Made by a program: the position numbers and the translations under genes. A model generated the notes under the pieces. It did no database searches. It saw only the letters and a program-made list of their open reading frames with translations, and was not told the DNA's origin. From assembly GCF_009914755.1 (NCBI RefSeq), contig NC_060931.1: a DNA stretch of 64,000 nucleotides; one strand, written 5' to 3'. The stretch's first letter is position 1. Each line of letters begins with the position of its first letter. Origin of the DNA: the human T2T-CHM13v2.0 reference genome, Homo sapiens. Positions 14,390 through 30,564 of this stretch are shown here, in pieces.

Positions 14390-14980
14390 TGTACAGGAAA
14401 TGGTTAACTCAGCAGGCCTGGGTTGCTCAAACCGTGCACATTCTCAGAAAGACCTGCTTTGGGACTGGCCCTTGGATGGTCCTGGGAAATTAGCCACCAA
14501 CCTTTGGAATAGTGTGCCCAATAAGAATTTTTTTGGATGCCTTAGGCTTCAGCCCACATGAAACCAGTTTGATGACTTTATCCTAACAATGTAATTTATG
14601 TATGGTGAATGCCTGCTTTTGCTTTGGGGTGGTGTGAGGATCTGAGGTCAGGTACGCAGGTGCCACATGCCTGCATGACTAACCCCCAGTAAGAACCCTG
14701 GACGCCAAGCCATGGGTGAGCGTCCGTGGTTGGTAACATGGTTTCTGGGAAAATTAATAGAGCCCGTGAGACTCCACTAGCAAAGAACACCTGGAAGCTT
14801 TCACCTGGTTTCTCCTGGACTCTGCCCCATGTACCTTTTATTTTATTCTGATTTGAACTCATATCCTTTTGCTGTAATATATCAGAACAGTACATCTAAT
14901 TCAGAAAAGTAAGCTTTTCTGAGTCCTGTGAATCCTAGTGAATCATCAAGCTTTAGAGTAGTCTCAGGGAACCTGGCGCA
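14390..14980 (+). mobile_element. Solo LTR, MER21-like
   Basis: TG...CA termini with flanks GATTC/GATGC (5-bp TSD, 1 mismatch); 3' part 'cctggtttctcctggactctgccccatgtacc...gcttttctgagtcctgtgaatcct' typical of MER21. Confidence 0.75.
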
Positions 14981-15959
14981 GATGCAGAGATTAGACTTGA
15001 GACCTAGAGAAGTTAAGGGCTTTCTAGAACATGTAGCTCAAGCCTGGGCCTGGAGTGTGACGAGGTCATGGACATTAAGCTGGAATGAAGGTCTGTACCA
15101 ACTCAGTCCTTTTCTGGTGAGGCAGCATGGAAAGACATTGGCCTTTTCTCCATCTGTGATGACAGTGATCCCTGGACGTGACTTCTTCAAGTGTCCTTGG
15201 TGAGTTTAACTGGGTAAGAGCAAAAGAAATGAAATATTTTATTCCTTTCTCAGTCCCCCATCAAGGACATCAATAGCATAAAACTGCTATAAAATAACAA
15301 AGCTTATTATAAACTTTGCCTCCAAAAGTGGTTCTAGCCTTTCTGTAATCTTTCATATGAGCTTGTTGTTCTGTTGATCAATGAATTCGGTAATATTCTA
15401 TTTTTAAAATTATTTTAATTATGATATAAACAAATGAGATACCTCTTCAGAGTCCACATGAATGGAAATGAATATAAAATCAGAATCCAACACATAAAAA
15501 GAAAGTTCAGCAAATGCAGGACTCCAGTCTCCACTGCTTCACAGTAGGGTTTGTCCTTGTGTTTTCTTGTTTTGTTTGGGAAAATAATGCAAAAGAGATT
15601 TGTTGTAAAAGCTTTGAAATTTAATTATGATCAGGGAGTTCTAAAGGAAATTAAACATAGCATGAGTACTTTTAAAAAATATGAATTTAATATAGCATCT
15701 TATCAAATAATTCATCCCACACGGCTAGCTCACTTCCCACCAGGAAATAGAAAAGAATTTTTGAGGACTCTTAACTAATAATAATTTCTGAATTTCTCTG
15801 ACACCTTCACTGTTTCTAAACATTTTTTTTGGTCATGTTAACTTACTTGATTCTTCAGAGTTTGCTTATTATAGCCATCACTTTCTAATAGTACATAGTT
15901 TGAAAAGCACTTGGCCGTCTTCTGCATTCTGGGAACATGGGGCTTCCTGACCCACAGAG

Positions 15960-16164
15960 GATGGCTTCTCGCTGTGTCCTCATGTGGTGGAAGGGGTGAG
16001 GGGTCTCTCTGAAGTGTCTCTGCTAAGGGCGCTAGTCCCATTCTTGTGGGCTTTATTCTCACCACCTAATCACTCCCAAAGTCCACCTCCTAACACCATC
16101 GCTTCAGGGGAAAAATTTCAAAGTATGAATTTGGGGAGGGGGCGGCATTAAATAGTCGATGCCA
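15960..16164 (-). mobile_element. MLT1 (MaLR) LTR fragment
   Basis: 'cttctcgctgtgtcctcatgtggtggaagggg...cctaatcactcccaaag.ccacctcctaacaccatc...tatgaatttgggga'. Confidence 0.75.
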
Positions 16165-17754
16165 CTCCCCATGCTTTCTTTTCCTCTGTTGTGGTTTTCA
16201 GATGAACAGAGACTTCTGGAGTTGATTTGCTGTCTTATTTGTTCTCCCTGCTTGTTCTCGCTCATCTGGGCAGGTGGTTTGTCCCTTCTTCCCCTTATCC
16301 AAATGATAAATTCCTCTCCCTCCTCTCCTTTCCTCTTCCAGTATCTTCCTTCAGCTCCTCCTCTTAGGAGCTCAGGAAATCTGTCTGCACCTATCATACT
16401 GACAGCATGAGCCCAAATGTTTTTCCGTAGTTCATCCTGGATCCCGGAAACATGGGTGGCTGCCTGCCTGCCAGCCTCAGTTTATTTCCCAGCCTTACTG
16501 GTTTGTAAGCTTTAATTTTAGAAAAGAGGACAGAGCCATGCAGTCCACAGACCACTGCATGGTGCTTCGTCACCACCGGCTGGTGCTCCTATGGGCTGCC
16601 CAGGTGCCCAGGTGTCCTGGGTCCCCACCCTCGCATGGCTGTGGAGCCGGGACAGCTATGACATTTGTGTGGGGTTCTTAAAAATGTAGGAAGCTCCTAA
16701 TATGTTGTTGTTAAACTCATCCTCTCTGATAGAATTTAATTTTAAACACAATTCCCCCGAATACACCCTAATGTGCTTGTTTCATTTCTGGAGACTGTAT
16801 GCATCACTTTCCTTGTCTGGCCAAGGCCACAACAGCGTTTGCGTTAGCCACTGTGTCCCTGAGTAGATGGGGCCCTGTTTACTCTTGGCCTGCTCCGTGG
16901 GATCCCAGCCCGGCCCTACTGGACCTCCCAGCTCTTTTACAAGTAACGCCTTCTTTCCCAGGTAGCCCCATTTTCTCCTCCTTCATGACACGCCTGTGGG
17001 TCCCTGCTTTCCTGGGACTGTCATCGATGTGCACGCTGGTGCCTATGCACATGCTCCCCCTGCATCCTCCTCGGTGGGGCTGACACGCAGGGACTTGCCC
17101 ACATCTTCTCATCTTGATAGAAAGGATCCCTGTGGCAAGCCCTCTTCCTTTCTTCACAAAGCTGCGTTCCTCCTTTCCCCTCTCCTTTGGATATCTGCCC
17201 TGAAGAAGCTGATAGAAGCAGATACTGCTTCTGGTAGGCCCCGCTCTGCCTGCTCCGATCTTTCACTTCTGCCCACTCCACGCTATGGCCTTCTCTGTCT
17301 CTTCCCTTGTTAACTCCCTCGTCTGCATCCAATTCCTGATGCCTCTGACCCCTGACACTGTGTGCTGCCTGCAGCCAGAGGAAACCACGTTCTGGAGTTT
17401 GGCAGACCTGAAATGCCCACAACTCTGGCCTTACTTATGGGAGGCCCTTTTCTTCCTCTTCCAAGCTCTGAGCAGCTCCGACCACACCATCCTCACACTG
17501 CCACCTCCCCTCTGTCCTCGAGGCCCACAGTCCTGCAGGTGCCTCTGAGAGTCCGGCACGGTGGGGAGTCCACAGGGCTACTGTCACACCCATACTAACC
17601 TAGGGAGCCTGTCTCTGAAACACTGCCACATACTTGTTTTCTCCCATGTTCCATGTTTCCGATTTAAATGAGAGACATGACCATTTCTATCTGGCTCTAT
17701 GTCCATGTCTTCCTTGAGACAGTGCAGTGGTGGATTAGAAATTGTCTTATGTCA

Positions 17755-18064
<310 letters not shown>

Positions 18065-18084
18065 TCAAAAATTAGCAATTTTAT

Positions 18085-18408
<324 letters not shown>

Positions 18409-18432
18409 TTATGTCAAAAATTAGCAATTTTA

Positions 18433-18728
18433 GGCCAGGCACGGTGGCTCACGCCTGTAATCCCAGCACTTTGGGAAGCTGAGGGGGGCAGATCACTTGA
18501 GGCCAGGTGTTTGAAACCAGCCTGGGCAACATGGCAAAACCCCATCTCTACTAAAAATACAAGAATTAGCCAGGCGTGGCGGCGCACACCTGTAGTTCCA
18601 AGTACTCAGGAGATTGCAGTGGGAGGATCACTCCAGCTCAAGAGGTTAAGGCTGAAGTGAGCCATGTTAGCACCACCGCATTCCAGCCTGAGTGACAGAG
18701 CAAGACCCTGTCTAAAAGAAATTAAATA
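18433..18728 (+). mobile_element. Older Alu (J/S) (copy C)
   Basis: Diverged dimer; tagcaatttt on both sides. Confidence 0.9.
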
Positions 18729-19858
18729 AGTAGCAATTTTGGCCCCTGGCTATTTCTCTGCCCCTGACCTATGTTTTTCTGAAATGTTATAGACATCTTC
18801 CAAACTGATTTCACCTAAATATCAGAAATCGCTCATCATGGTTCCTTTGTCCAGTGCCGTGGAAGGCCCCAGAGGAGGCTTCTGTGGGGTGGTGAGGGCA
18901 CCAGGTGTGAGTTGGGACCTGAGACCTGGTCCTTGTTCTTACAGCCGTGATGCTGATGATTAGGAGGCCCTCCCAGAGCCTCCAGACAGGCTTACACCAT
19001 CTGGAGCATGGGCCTGGGTGAGGCCTCGTGAGCTCCTGCATCCTAACGGTGCTTCCTGCTGCTCCAAAGCTGTGGAATGTGTGGTCTGGGAACAGCCCTG
19101 GCTGAGGTGAGCGCATCTTTGCTTGCCTTCCACGTGACAGACCTGGACCTCAGTTCTTGGGAAGGCGTCCACGTTCCTTTCCCAGCTTCCCCATTGGATC
19201 TGACGCTCTCCTCTTGTGATACCTTTACCTGAATTGCTGGGAGATTCAGCGTCTGGACTTCCCCACTCCCAGCCATAGGAAAACCTTCCCCCCAGAAGTC
19301 CCTGGTGACCACTCACACAGCCTGATTTGCTGCCAACATCTACCCCTTCTGGAAGCAGCTGTCACTGTTTCCAGCGTGCCAGCCTGACATATTTCAGAGT
19401 GTCTGCATGTCTCTGAGCTATTAATACACAAAATAACGTAAGCCCCCTCTTCTGGACTCCCCAGTGTGTCTGAGAATGCCTAGTAAGCATCCATCTGGTT
19501 ACTTTTAGCTCTAAACGTTGGTTACTAGCTCAGCCCACCAAGAGCTCACATGCCCAAGCTCTCCCTGGTTGTCTTATACTCCCTGGCTATTACCTCTCCC
19601 TGGCTATTATCTCTTACTGACCATTATCCCCCAGGGCGAATACAATCCCTTCTTCTTCACACTGAAAGCCACCACTAACACAATGATGATGTGTGTTTAA
19701 TGAGTTTCACCCGCTGAAGTTTTAGATAAACTATTTTTTTAATTCTAATCTTGCAAACAAGGCTTCTGTGTTCCTCTGGTTTCTGGGTCTTCCTCATGCC
19801 AAGAGGCCCTCCCTAACACCTTAGCCCCAGACCTCTTCTCTCATCTCAGACTCTAAAG

Positions 19859-21302
<1,444 letters not shown>

Positions 21303-21410
21303 TTTCTAAATTTTAGGGCCTGAATCCCCTCTCTCTTTAAAATGTGTCCGCACCCCCCACCGACCCCATCCCCCATCCCCCCCTACCCCCTTGTTGTGTG
21401 GGGCAATTCA

Positions 21411-21532
21411 GCCTTTTCAGGTGGCTTTATATACCTGTGACTGCCTTTAAAGGTGGCTTTATATACCTGTGGCTGCCTTTGAAGGTGGCTTTATATACCT
21501 GTGGCTGCCTTTGAAGGTGGCTTTATACACCT
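21411..21532. repeat. 32-bp minisatellite x~3.8
   Basis: Unit gcctttgaaggtggctttatatacctgtggct. Confidence 0.95.
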
Positions 21533-24523
21533 CTAGCTCTGGGGCCTTCCAAGCTAAGCAACAGTACTGCTAAACAGTTAAGTCTACATAGTTCCTGGGT
21601 GGTAAGTGATTTCCCTGTATTATTTCACAAAATCATAAAAGCATTTATTTGCCCAGTACCCCACAAGTGATAGAATCTGAGTCCAGAGGTTCGGCCACCA
21701 GGGCTCCAGGGCCTGAGGTTTTACTGTGTTGTGTGCTGTGGATGGGTTACTATATCCTTTGACATAAATATATACATACTTGGCTTATGTCTGCTTTGTC
21801 CCCAGAATGCACACATATCTGTGGTTAAGACAGTGTTCCTTCTTTCTTTCTCTCTCTTTTCCTTTCTTTGCCCCTCTGCACTGGCATTGAACTCTGGGGA
21901 GAAGACACTTGCGTTCTGAGGCTGTTTCTCTGTCTCTAAATGAAGACAGTCAAACTGAATCGTTTCCAAGTCCCCGTCCAGCATTTAAATTCAGTGTAAG
22001 AAGGAACTCCTGGCTACGCTGCCTTCCTAACCTGGTCAAGGAATGTTCATTCTTTGTATTGACTGCAGTGTCATTGAATTTGCTGCAAGGCTTTACATCC
22101 TCCTCATGAAGAGGTGACCTTGTATCTAGAGTCCCTTCGTCTCTGTCTTTGATGCAGTGATATTTCTCATTGTGAGTGATTCCATAAGCTAGACCAGCAG
22201 TTGCCCATATTCCATGGTTGATTAGTTTTCTAGAAAAGAAGAGGACCCTTCACAATCACAGTTCTTGTTTGGAAACCCAACAGGACCTTAACATGTATTC
22301 AAAGTGCTGATACCAAATGCCTCTTCTTACTTGGTGCCCACTCCTCTGCACACAAGAACAAGTGTTTTTTCTTACAAATAACCACTTTTCAGTTCATTCT
22401 AGTATCACATGGTTTCTAGACTTCTTTGCAATTTGAGTGGAACTAAACTACAGTTCATTGACAGGCATCACACAGCACGTGTTTATAGAGATTAACAGAA
22501 TATCTCTGCCCTGGTGACATTGGTAGAAGGCTCATTGAGATGATTTTACTGTGAACGACGTGAATGCCACTATTCTAGTAATAGTGTTCACAGCTGTATC
22601 AATTTATGGCTTATTAAGTGTAGGGCCAACTAAATAACACATATTTTTCTACACAACTGTTGTCAAGCTGAATTTGTTCCTTCTAGGAAATAGTACAACC
22701 TAATTTTTCATCTAAAGATAGAGGTATACCTGGTCAAATCCTTCATAGCAAGAAAGATACTACTGCTAGTATGAATCTTGACTTAGAAGATGAAAGAAGC
22801 TCAAATGTTCAGTTGTTCCAATCCTTTGAATTTATAGCTGAGGGAATGGAAGTCCATCAGGAGGGCATGAAGCCTGTTCAAGTTCACACAGAGGATGTGG
22901 AGCCTCTGATGCTCATCGCTGTGGATCCTTCCCATGCCTTTATCCCCCCTCTGCACACCTCACATAGTGTCATGAGTTCCTGTTCTAGAGCTGTGGTCCC
23001 CTGAAGCAAATCTACGGGTCTCCCTTCTCCTGTCTTTTCCTTCCTTTGTGTGTGTGTATGTGCGTGTATGTTTGAGATCAATGATTTCTCTTTTGCCTAC
23101 TTTTGACTTAAGATAACATTTGTTTTGGAGCTCGACAAGCATGACTCAGCAGTGTAACACTCTTTTTAATTTTAATTATTATTATTTTATGGTTATTCTT
23201 TTGTGATTATCAAGTTGTTCTTGATGATATCTGGGCACTGTGCAAGACTTCCTTCACTGCATGGGAGTATGTGAGGTTCATTTCAATTGCACTTGTGTTT
23301 CCATCTTCTTCCCTTCTATCACTGACTCACTCAAAGCTTGCTTTTGTTTCATAAAGGATCAACCAACAGAAAATTGAGAAAGTCAGTCCATTAATTTGTT
23401 TGGCCAGTTTTAGTCATTGGTTGGATTCAAAATACCCCATCTATTCAACCCAGATGGAAAGAACTGACCTTTTCTGAAGCTAAAACATATGCAAAATGGA
23501 CAAAGCCCATGGCTTGACCTGACCTATTCCTAGGTCATGGTATCCTGATAGAGCATTCTCCCCATCCGACCCTGAGGCACCTGAACCCAGCAACCTCTTT
23601 ATGCACTCACATTTTCAGCCTTAAGGGTCTTCCCTAAGCTCCGCTTTCTGAGGGTAAAGCCTTTAACTTTCCTTTGTGGACAAATTGCTCACTAGCTCAT
23701 CATTGGGGTTCAGTGGACAAGGTATCCTTACATGCCATCTCTTCATGAGGGCGTGAAGGCTCCGTTCGTAAAGAACTATGATGTGGTCATGTAATGGGTT
23801 CACTTTAAGACTTGAAAATAAGTAAAGCGAATAAGTTACACTATAATTCATCATCTTTCATATATAGCAGTAATGCAATAATACAATAATTACTTTGGTT
23901 TTTGTTGGTAAATTATATAAATCATTCTATTCATTAGAGATAATGAAAAAGTAACACAAACATGATGTGATGTCTCCCTTATGCTACTGATTTACTTTAT
24001 TTCAGTCCCGCCTCACTTCAGAATGCAATTTTTTCCTTGCAGGAATTACTTGTAATGGCAGTGGTAGAACCAGGGGATCAAGATATCCAGCTTCTGATGC
24101 AGGAAATCCATCTCTCTTTATTGATAGCCCAGCATCATGCTTTTATCTAGAGAGGCATTTATCCATCTAAACACCCCTAGAAAAGCTATGTGGAAAATGT
24201 AAAAGCATCAGGAAGCTCAAAGTTACAGCCAAGGCACAGACTGAATGCTTTAAAATCTTGTCTCATCCACAGAAATCCACAAAGATTATTTCCATAGATC
24301 AAGGACATAGTAATGCTGTTTGCCCTTTTTACATAGTAGTACCGTATATTTATTAGCTCTATTGATGAAAATAGGAGAGCAACTCTCCTTGATATTAGAG
24401 ACCTTGGCAAACGTAAAGTACTTAAAAAATGAATAGACTGCCTTCCGAATGTGAACTCACTGACTAAGCCCAGTGAAAGGAGAGTATGGCATGAAATCAG
24501 AGAATGATGAATGGCCAGGATTA

Positions 24524-24565
24524 CGCGCGCGCGCGCGTGTGTGTGTGTCTGTGTGTGTGTATGTG
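24524..24565. repeat. (CG)7(TG)n compound microsatellite
   Basis: cgcgcgcgcgcgcg followed by tgtgtg... Confidence 0.95.
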
Positions 24566-24630
24566 AAAATAAACAATATGATTAGTGTTTATTCTTTTTA
24601 ACAATCCACAAATTGCCTGCTTTTCTCTAC

Positions 24631-25004
<374 letters not shown>

Positions 25005-28000
25005 TGAGATTTTTGTTGTACCATTTGTGAAGCCATCCAGGTGCTGGGTCTAATCATTCCTGGGCAACTGAGATACAGAAGGAGCCCCAGCTCAGATGGT
25101 GCACGGGCACATCATACCCTGGGCATTATTTTTGCCCTTTTTCTGGAAGTACGATTGGAAATGGGCAGCAGATGGACCACTTCGCATTTTACCCGTTCAA
25201 GCAAGGGGTATTTTTCTTCTAGGAAGTGGGATTTCCAAGCAAAACTGCCGCTTTGGTAGTCACTTGCCATACTTCAGTGTCCATGGAAAAACAACTGCGT
25301 ATAGGAAGAGGGAAGGGGGACATAGCGTGCCAACTCTAACTCTGATGTCTGCACCACTCATCCATAATCCATGTCCCAGTGGGGAAGGTGATATTCCCTG
25401 GCATCTACAGACCCAGCAGGCACACGGTGGGTGAGTGGGCCTGGTCACCTGCAACCGCAGTAGAAACTCTATCCCAAGGCAAAAGGAAATTAAGAAATCC
25501 ATTTGTGAATAATATTCACAACTACAATACTGTTTTGTTGGATCTTTCTTAGTTTCTTCAGTTCAAGGTTGATTTGTGGCCCATGAGTCTCTGATCCAGA
25601 CATTTGAAAATCTCTAGACTCAGTGAAAGTCATGTTAATTATAAAATCAGTAAGTACACTATACAAGAGCAGCTTTGAGCTTGGTAGGAAGACGGCCTTC
25701 CCAGGAACCAGAGAGGAGAGAGCCAGCTTTGACCCTGCGAGGCACGTGGGAGAAAAGAGTTCAGTTGGTTTATATTCTATGAATTTACTTTCCCCATTGG
25801 TATTCCGAAGTGTTCACTGAAACACAGCTGCTCCTGGCACTCTAATAGACATTTCCCAGGACCTCATGGCAGCCTTATCCACAGTCTCCAGCCTGCAGTC
25901 ACATGTATTTTTCAGGGGTTCACTGTTAGCCCTTTGAGCAAATATTTATAGAGTTGTTTTTAAAAAATTACTGATGCTGTAATTAAAAAGAACACTTAAT
26001 CCAAATTACTTAATAGACGAATAAATGAGTGAATAATCAAAACATTTAATACCACTGGTATATATAAGAAATGAATTAATTTCAAAGTGTGGAAAAATTA
26101 TGTGGGCTTCTTATCAGTGGTATTAATCTATTTTTGATACATAAACCACCCTAAGAGGTTTTCCTATCTATCCCAAGTGTCATTTTGCAGTATTAGTTTC
26201 TCTAGGATGTGTTTTCATTAGCCTCTTAGATATAAATGGCTATACCACTAAAATGTAGGAAAAATCCCAAATGAAAGCCCTTTCCCTATTCACCCTGTTA
26301 AGCTTCCTCTGGATGGAAGCTCTCTTCACCCTTGAAAGCTGCTAGGAGGTAATGGAGGGCACTGTGGCCACCCAGCCCTGGTGCACTGAGTACCTTTCCT
26401 TAATAAATCACCGTTGGAGTCCTATGGCAACAACCTAACTTGATAACACATATATCTAGATGTCTTGCTTCATTGATATGACAGTGATTTCTCTTTTCAT
26501 ACTCACCTTGGGAATCTAAGATGTTAGAAGCTAATAAATCCCCCACACATAAAACATATAATGATACATTCAGAGAAAGATTCTCTAAACTGATTTCAGC
26601 AGTTCTTACATATAATAGAAACACAGACTTGCCTACCATGATTTTGTTACTTTTGTTGTCATAGCCTCATTCATTAGTTTGACAAATACTTGTTGCCCAT
26701 CTCGAGTGTTCCAGGCACCGTGACAAACACTGGTTATGAACAGCAAAGGAGATGGAAGTAGTCCCTCCTCTCAAGGAGTCTGTCCTCTACTGGGGAGATA
26801 CAGGGAGGTATCCAGCAGTACAGCCTGTCTGTCTGGAAGGAGCCCACCCCACATGCAGTTGAAAAACACAGCATGGCAGATTTTTCAATTTTAAAAAAAA
26901 ATCACGTGCTGATTTTATAACAGATTTTAAATATGACCTACCAGTAGATTATAGTTCATCATTTTTGAAAGGCACTGTTGTTAACGATGTAGCACCTTCC
27001 CGTCACTGGTATCTCAGTAGCCACCAGTCAGAGCAGCTCCTAGCAGACTCCAGAATCATGTTAATATCTTCCATCCGATCACCTCTCTGAAGACTGTTTG
27101 TAGATAAGTGTGTCTTAAGTGAACTTTATTCGAATGAACTCCTACCCTGTAGATGACAGTTTTTGCATGAACCGTAATCAGACATAGATCTTCTTAGGGA
27201 ACATATAATGGGGAAAATAGGACTTGGCCAGTCATGGCAGATGTTCATTGATGTGTGTCATATGAATAGATGGATGAATAGCACAAGGTAAAGAGTGGTG
27301 TGTTTTATAAGGCAGGCACATGCAGATGTTATGAGGACTTGGCAAGGCTAGTAGTAACTCCTTAAAGAATCATGGAAGACCTCAAAAGCCAGGAGGTGGT
27401 GTGTGAGCTGGGCTTTAAAGTAAGCCTATGGTTGTGCCATCTGGAAATTTAATTTCACAACATCCTGGAATGTGTTTCCAGTGAATGAGTCAATGAAATG
27501 ACAGAAGTCAGTGGACAAAGATTACTGGGAATTTTCCTGCAAGATGCAGCACTCAGACCTGGGTTTGAACCCAAACTCTCTCCTACTTTTACCCCAGGAC
27601 TTTTCCCTTATAAGACAATGCATGTGAAACGTATGGTTATAAAGCTACCCCAAAGTAGAATCTTTTATTATTCTTCAGTAAAACCCTTCATGGGATGAGA
27701 GTTTACGAATAAATTCAGAGTTCATCTGGAGGTGCCCGGTGGATCTCTTGATGTCCTAGCTTCCCAGGTACATTGCCAGTTTACAGGAAAATATGCCTTT
27801 TTGAAACTGATTGAAAACAAATTAGCTGGGTTTTCTTGGACGATGAATCTGTAGTTTTTCAAAAATCAGAAAATTCCTGTTCTCCAAGAAGACAGGTGCA
27901 GAAGTGATCATCTGAGGCTGCTCTCCAAGGTCCTCAGTGTATTTGCAATTTCCTCAGAGTCTGTCAGCCATCACAGCATAGCCTCTTTCTTTTTTCTGGA

Positions 28001-28502
28001 TTTCTTTTTTATTCCATGATAGGTGGAATAAGGCAATCTGGGCCCAGTAATGCTTGTTTTTTAACTCAGTGTCATCACTATCTCTCAGCCAGTGTTGTGT
28101 CCCACCCACCAATGGCCCAGTGAAAAGTGATCCAGAATCCCTTCTGAATCACTGAATTATTTGCACACAAACTCATCTATCTGATCTGTCCATCCTCCAT
28201 GATAAACGGAAATTAGTTTCATTTTCTGCCCTCCCCTTCCTCCTGGAATATCTGACTCTTCAATAAATGAGAAGACAGAGTTATGGTTCATTTACTGACT
28301 TGATTTTAATATTTCGGAGAGCATTTAAAACATTTATAGCGCAGCAGTCTTCCTTTTCATAGGAAACAAAAGTCTTCTAAAAGGCAGTCTCATTTCCCGT
28401 GTGGTTAGTTGAATACAGAAACCGTGTAGTCAGAAGGAAGGGGCTGCCCTGAGTCAGCCCGGGCTCCCGGGGCTGGACGGAGCTTGCATTTCTGAGCTCC
28501 CA

Positions 28503-28519
28503 GGGCGCCCCCAAGTGGC
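28503..28519 (-). promoter_or_regulatory. Candidate CTCF binding site
   Basis: Minus strand GCCACTTGGGGGCGCCC closely matches the CTCF core CCAC(C/T)AG(G/A)GGGCGC, inside a small CpG-retaining patch. Confidence 0.6.
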
Positions 28520-30254
28520 GAGGTCAAGCTCCAAGTTGTTCTCAGTGTGCTCAACAGCAGCGCTTTTATAAGGTTCTTTTTGTTTTGTTTTGCTTTGGCT
28601 TTGCTGTTGTTTGTTCGGCTGCTTTTATTTTTGCAGTTGGCTGAATTCATCCGAGGGTTATACAAATCAAAAACTGTAAGTGGAGAGGATCTACCAGTTG
28701 TTTTGCAAAGATAGAGGTGCTATCACGGAGGATGCTGTTGGTGTGGCATAGGTGGGAAAGAGAAGCAGTAAGAAGAAAGGAGAATAAAAGAGAAATCCAT
28801 GAAGCTGTAAGAAGTGTTTTTTTGTCACTTTTTAATGCTGATTTATTCACCTGGATCAAAATAAGGAAAAACACACGAGGTCTAAATCATCAAAATAAGT
28901 TGCAAGATAAGGCAGCACGCTTCATGAGGCTGTTTCTCTTGCTTTCTGTTCTCAACACCAGTTCTGTGTAAGATGACCTGCAACATAGACTCTGCATGTA
29001 GAATCTGTTAGTGGCTGACCCCTGCCTTATATAAACAAGGCTGGTAAATATGGAGCGAGGCTCACATTCAAACAACAATTCTATGGGCTGGATTAAGACT
29101 CAAAGTCCCTAAACACTCATCAAATCATGTTGCCTCTCCCATATGCAATTCCAGAAGGATAATTTATTTTGTTAACTAATAAAAGCAATATCATGTGTGC
29201 CGAAAGTATTTTTTCCCACATATTCTGTGTACAGAATTCTATATATGTTCCTAGGGGCTGGAACATTTTTCCTTTAACTGTGATTCTTATTCTGATTACT
29301 AGTGTTCTGAATGCACACTTAGCCTGCGTGCTACATGGCCTGTGCAGCTCTTCCCTCCTACCCCGGGAAGAGGATTTCAAGCCTGTCATCTTCAACTCAT
29401 AGCAGCCTTGGTGGAGTGGGTTCCAAACTGGCTCTTATGATGCCAGCTCAAAGTCAGCCTCTTGGGAGTCTCTTTAGGGCAACAGGGTTTTGCATTTCAA
29501 CACAACTTAAGTATAAAGTGCAGATAAACATAAGAGTGTTATTTTAAAATAAATTTGCTAAAGCATTATTTCTCTTTTCCCCTCTCCCTCCTCCTCTGTC
29601 CTTCCTCTACCCTCCTCTTTCAGACTCATACTCCTCCTCTGTGGCTTTACAAATCCTGGATAGAAAACATCTCACAAAACATGTTCTCTTCTCTTCACAT
29701 ATTTAAGAGGCCTTCGAGCATTGACACACATTTGCCTCCAGATTTTCTAGTTGAAGAAATGTGCAAAAATCAATAAAAAGCCCAAATACAGTGGTATTTT
29801 TCCCCAGAGTTATGGACAATAACAAATAATCAGGTGGGAAGGCTTGATGATTTTCTTTTTAGATTGTGAGCTACAGGCGGCCATATGTGTTTTAAAGGTT
29901 AGGTACATAAAAGAAGTTTTGAGGTTTCCCCTCTGTAACAACTGATTGGCCCTCTCGGGAACTCTGTGCTTAAATAAAGCTGATAGGATTGGCCTCTCTT
30001 AGCATGCTTATGCCATAGATGAGCGTCTGATGCTTAGCGACCTATCCTGGTGCAAGAGCCAGGCAGTGGAAGAACCAGGTGTGCAGTGTGTCCAACAGGA
30101 ATGCTTTTGGCTGTGAAACAATTCCTGGCTGAAAGGGCCTAAGCCCGGGGGATTTTATCTGGGTGGGAAGAGGATTCTGGTTTTAGTTTAGTACCTGCAT
30201 GCTATCAGGGCTCAAGGTGTGCATCCTTGCAAACACTGGCCCCTTCTTCTCATG

Positions 30255-30564
30255 TTTGTTTTTTTTTTTGTTTGTTTGTTTGAGACAGAGTCTGTCTCTG
30301 TGGCCAGGCTGGAGTGCAGTGAGTGGTGAAATCCTGGCTCACTGCAACCTCTGACTCCCTGGTTCAAGTGATTCTCCTGCCTCAGCCTCGCGAGTAGCTA
30401 GGATTACAGTCATACGCCACCAGGTCCAGCTAATTTTTGTATTTTTAGTAGAGCCGGGGTTTCACCATGTTGGCCAGGATGGTCTCGATTTCCTGACCTC
30501 GTGATCCGCCCACCTCGGCCTCCCAAAGTGCTGAGATTACAGGCGTGAGCCACGGCGCCTGGCC
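30255..30564 (-). mobile_element. AluS (Sc/Sg-like)
   Basis: Full antisense Alu; cttctcatg TSD. Confidence 0.95.
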
